DNA of 64,000 bases. Origin: Candidatus Nomurabacteria bacterium. GTDB taxonomy: Bacteria > Patescibacteriota > Minisyncoccia > Phycocordibacterales > UBA918. Each line of letters begins with the position of its first letter. Within the stretch, counting starts at the first letter, position 1. The stretch covers positions 240,594 through 304,593 of the forward strand of contig CP060228.1 in assembly GCA_023898565.1 (NCBI GenBank). The letters run 5' to 3'. A program made the position numbers and the translations under genes. The notes below the pieces were generated by a model. It did not search any database. It was not told the DNA's origin and saw nothing but the letters and a program-made list of their open reading frames with translations. Shown here in pieces: positions 62,414 through 64,000 of this stretch.

Positions 62414-62896
62414 GTGATTTTTATGACAAAAGCTCCAAGAAACAAAGCAACCACTGCATCGTATTTAGTATTGCAAAAAGATAACGAAATCCTGTTTGCT
62501 CGCAGATGTAACACAGGATATCAAGACGGTAATTATCAAGTTCCAGCTGGTCATATTGATGCGGGTGAACTTCCGAGCGAAGCTCTAATTCGTGAAGTCA
62601 AAGAAGAAATAGGTATCACTATCAAACCCGAGAATGTAAAATTTGCACACACTTCCTTTAGGCCAATGATGGATGAGACTGGTGATCGAGTTGATTATTT
62701 TTTCATTGTTGAGACTTGGGAAGGAGAAGTCACAAATTGCGAACCAGACAAGTGCGATCATCTTTTATGGACCACAATTGAAAAGATGCCTGAAAACACC
62801 ACTCCTCACGTTAGGATTGCCCTAGAGTGTATTGGTAAAAATGAACCGTTTTCCGAGATTAGTCTGAATGAGCTAAAGGAAACGGGGATGTACTAG
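62414..62896 (+). CDS. NUDIX hydrolase
   Basis: Nudix box GHIDAGELPSEALIREVKEEIGI. Confidence 0.8.
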   Translation: MIFMTKAPRNKATTASYLVLQKDNEILFARRCNTGYQDGNYQVPAGHIDAGELPSEALIREVKEEIGITIKPENVKFAHTSFRPMMDETGDRVDYFFIVETWEGEVTNCEPDKCDHLLWTTIEKMPENTTPHVRIALECIGKNEPFSEISLNELKETGMY

Positions 62897-62914
62897 AACA
62901 TCCATGCAGTAAAA

Positions 62915-62947
62915 GAAAAAAGACCCACACTTGTGTGGGTCTTTTGA
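62915..62947. terminator. bidirectional terminator
   Basis: aaaaaagacccacacttgtgtgggtcttttg. Confidence 0.55.
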
Positions 62948-62967
62948 TGGTCGAATGACCTGATAAT

Positions 62968-63519
62968 TTACATCTTGTCTTCAACAAGCTGGACATAGCC
63001 AACTGTAACGACCTGGGAATCTGGGATACCCAAGGATGCAGCAATACTTCTAAGATGGCGACGGCCCTTTTCAACATCATTGGTCATCACCTCCATCTCA
63101 ACGAAAGAACCAAGACCTTCAATATGATCGAGGTTTAACTCAACGTCTTGGATATGACCTGATTCACGTGTTTTGATAATACGCACGTATTCAGCTAGGC
63201 CAATGGCCGCAAGTATCGATTTCATAGCATCTGGATTTGAGATCGAACTTTCAATCTCAATCCAACTACCATCAGTTGCGCCATTAAAAGACTTATACGT
63301 AAGCCTCGCTTCGTCGCCACCACTTCGCACCCTCAGCACAAAAGGACTTTCCTTAGTTTTGCCAGCATCTTTCAACGCTGCATTACAGAAATAAAAATCC
63401 TCTTGTCTGACTGGATCACACGGCACCCAGTGAAGCTTACTTAGCGCATTCCTTACTTGAACTATCTCCGCCTCATCTCTCAACTGATAACGTATCTCAA
63501 CTTCTTTCTGGTTAGTCAT
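62968..63519 (-). CDS. CYTH-domain protein (class IV adenylyl cyclase / triphosphatase family)
   Basis: The N-terminal EVEIRYQL and an acidic-residue pattern along a beta-barrel are consistent with CYTH. Confidence 0.5.
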   Translation of the reverse strand: MTNQKEVEIRYQLRDEAEIVQVRNALSKLHWVPCDPVRQEDFYFCNAALKDAGKTKESPFVLRVRSGGDEARLTYKSFNGATDGSWIEIESSISNPDAMKSILAAIGLAEYVRIIKTRESGHIQDVELNLDHIEGLGSFVEMEVMTNDVEKGRRHLRSIAASLGIPDSQVVTVGYVQLVEDKM

Positions 63520-63540
63520 CGTTTTCTCCTTCCGATTTGG

Positions 63541-63972
63541 TTAAGACGCTAGAGTTTCCTTATATGCTTTTGCAACTGGACTGACTAAAAAATCTTCCAG
63601 TGGCATCAACACGTCTGAAGAGTTCTTATACAAACAGAGACGAACGAAGTACTTGCCGCCTCTGACTTCAACACGTATACCGTAGAACCCTTCCCTACAC
63701 TGATGTTTCATGTGACATCCGCCACATATAGCGTCCAGAAAGTACGAGTACTCTTCTTTGATTTCGAATTGAAACCCATCTGAAGAAACCCAAGTATCTA
63801 CCTTGTTAGAACTCCCTTTCCTTAAAGAAGAAGAAACGGGGGCTGCTTCGAGAGCCTGGCAGAGCGATCGTATGGCTGCCTTACTGCGATCTATTGCTGA
63901 CAAGTCGTTTAGTATTCTGACACCAATCTTTGCTTGCTCTTGGATTGGAGTGAGCATTTCAAGGACTGACAA
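63541..63972 (-). CDS. hypothetical protein
   Basis: ORF only. Confidence 0.35.
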   Translation of the reverse strand: MSVLEMLTPIQEQAKIGVRILNDLSAIDRSKAAIRSLCQALEAAPVSSSLRKGSSNKVDTWVSSDGFQFEIKEEYSYFLDAICGGCHMKHQCREGFYGIRVEVRGGKYFVRLCLYKNSSDVLMPLEDFLVSPVAKAYKETLAS

Positions 63973-64000
63973 AGCTTTCTCTGTCGAAGAATGCAGAACG

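Overview
This 64 kb window is gene-dense and mostly minus-strand, and looks like a small-genome Patescibacteria/CPR-type chromosome segment; that taxonomic placement is inference from gene content and organisation, not a search.

Main contents:
- A 23S-tRNA-tRNA-5S rRNA locus on the minus strand with no 16S anywhere in the window. The 23S is split by a ~230-nt group-I-like intron at the E. coli ~U1931 (L1931) site.
- Split ribosomal and transcription clusters: rplJ-rplL at 11.8-12.9 kb, secE-nusG-rplK at 51.2-53.2 kb, and rpsF-ssb-rpsR at 29.4-30.7 kb. No rplA or rpoBC is adjacent to either cluster.
- Four aminoacyl-tRNA synthetases (metG, glyQS, ileS) plus recO, recA, ftsK, efp and an ECF sigma factor with a putative anti-sigma partner.
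- A complete dTMP-synthesis module: glyA, dut, two tmk paralogues, a MazG-like gene, thyA and folA.
- A class I ribonucleotide reductase whose ATP-cone sits on the NrdB subunit rather than NrdA.
- Several giant secreted or surface proteins (LVIVD/GW-repeat, beta-helix + NlpC/P60, PG-binding, VWA).

Most notable observations:
1. ileS carries a ~230-aa insertion with a histidine-phosphatase (PGAM-like) signature inside the catalytic core.
2. A giant NlpC/P60 cell-wall hydrolase is followed by a recombining tandem array of four to five paralogous small membrane-anchored proteins, one chimeric/frameshifted and one orphan 5' fragment. This arrangement resembles an effector-immunity locus.
3. Two copies of a ~120-bp nested palindromic element flank glyQS / a large surface protein / recO.
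4. The 23S L1931 intron, the unlinked rRNA arrangement, and two tRNAs between 23S and 5S that have non-canonical anticodon arms.

Many intrinsic terminators are GC-rich hairpins flanked by A- and T-tracts, i.e. bidirectional. No CRISPR array, integrase or transposase was seen.
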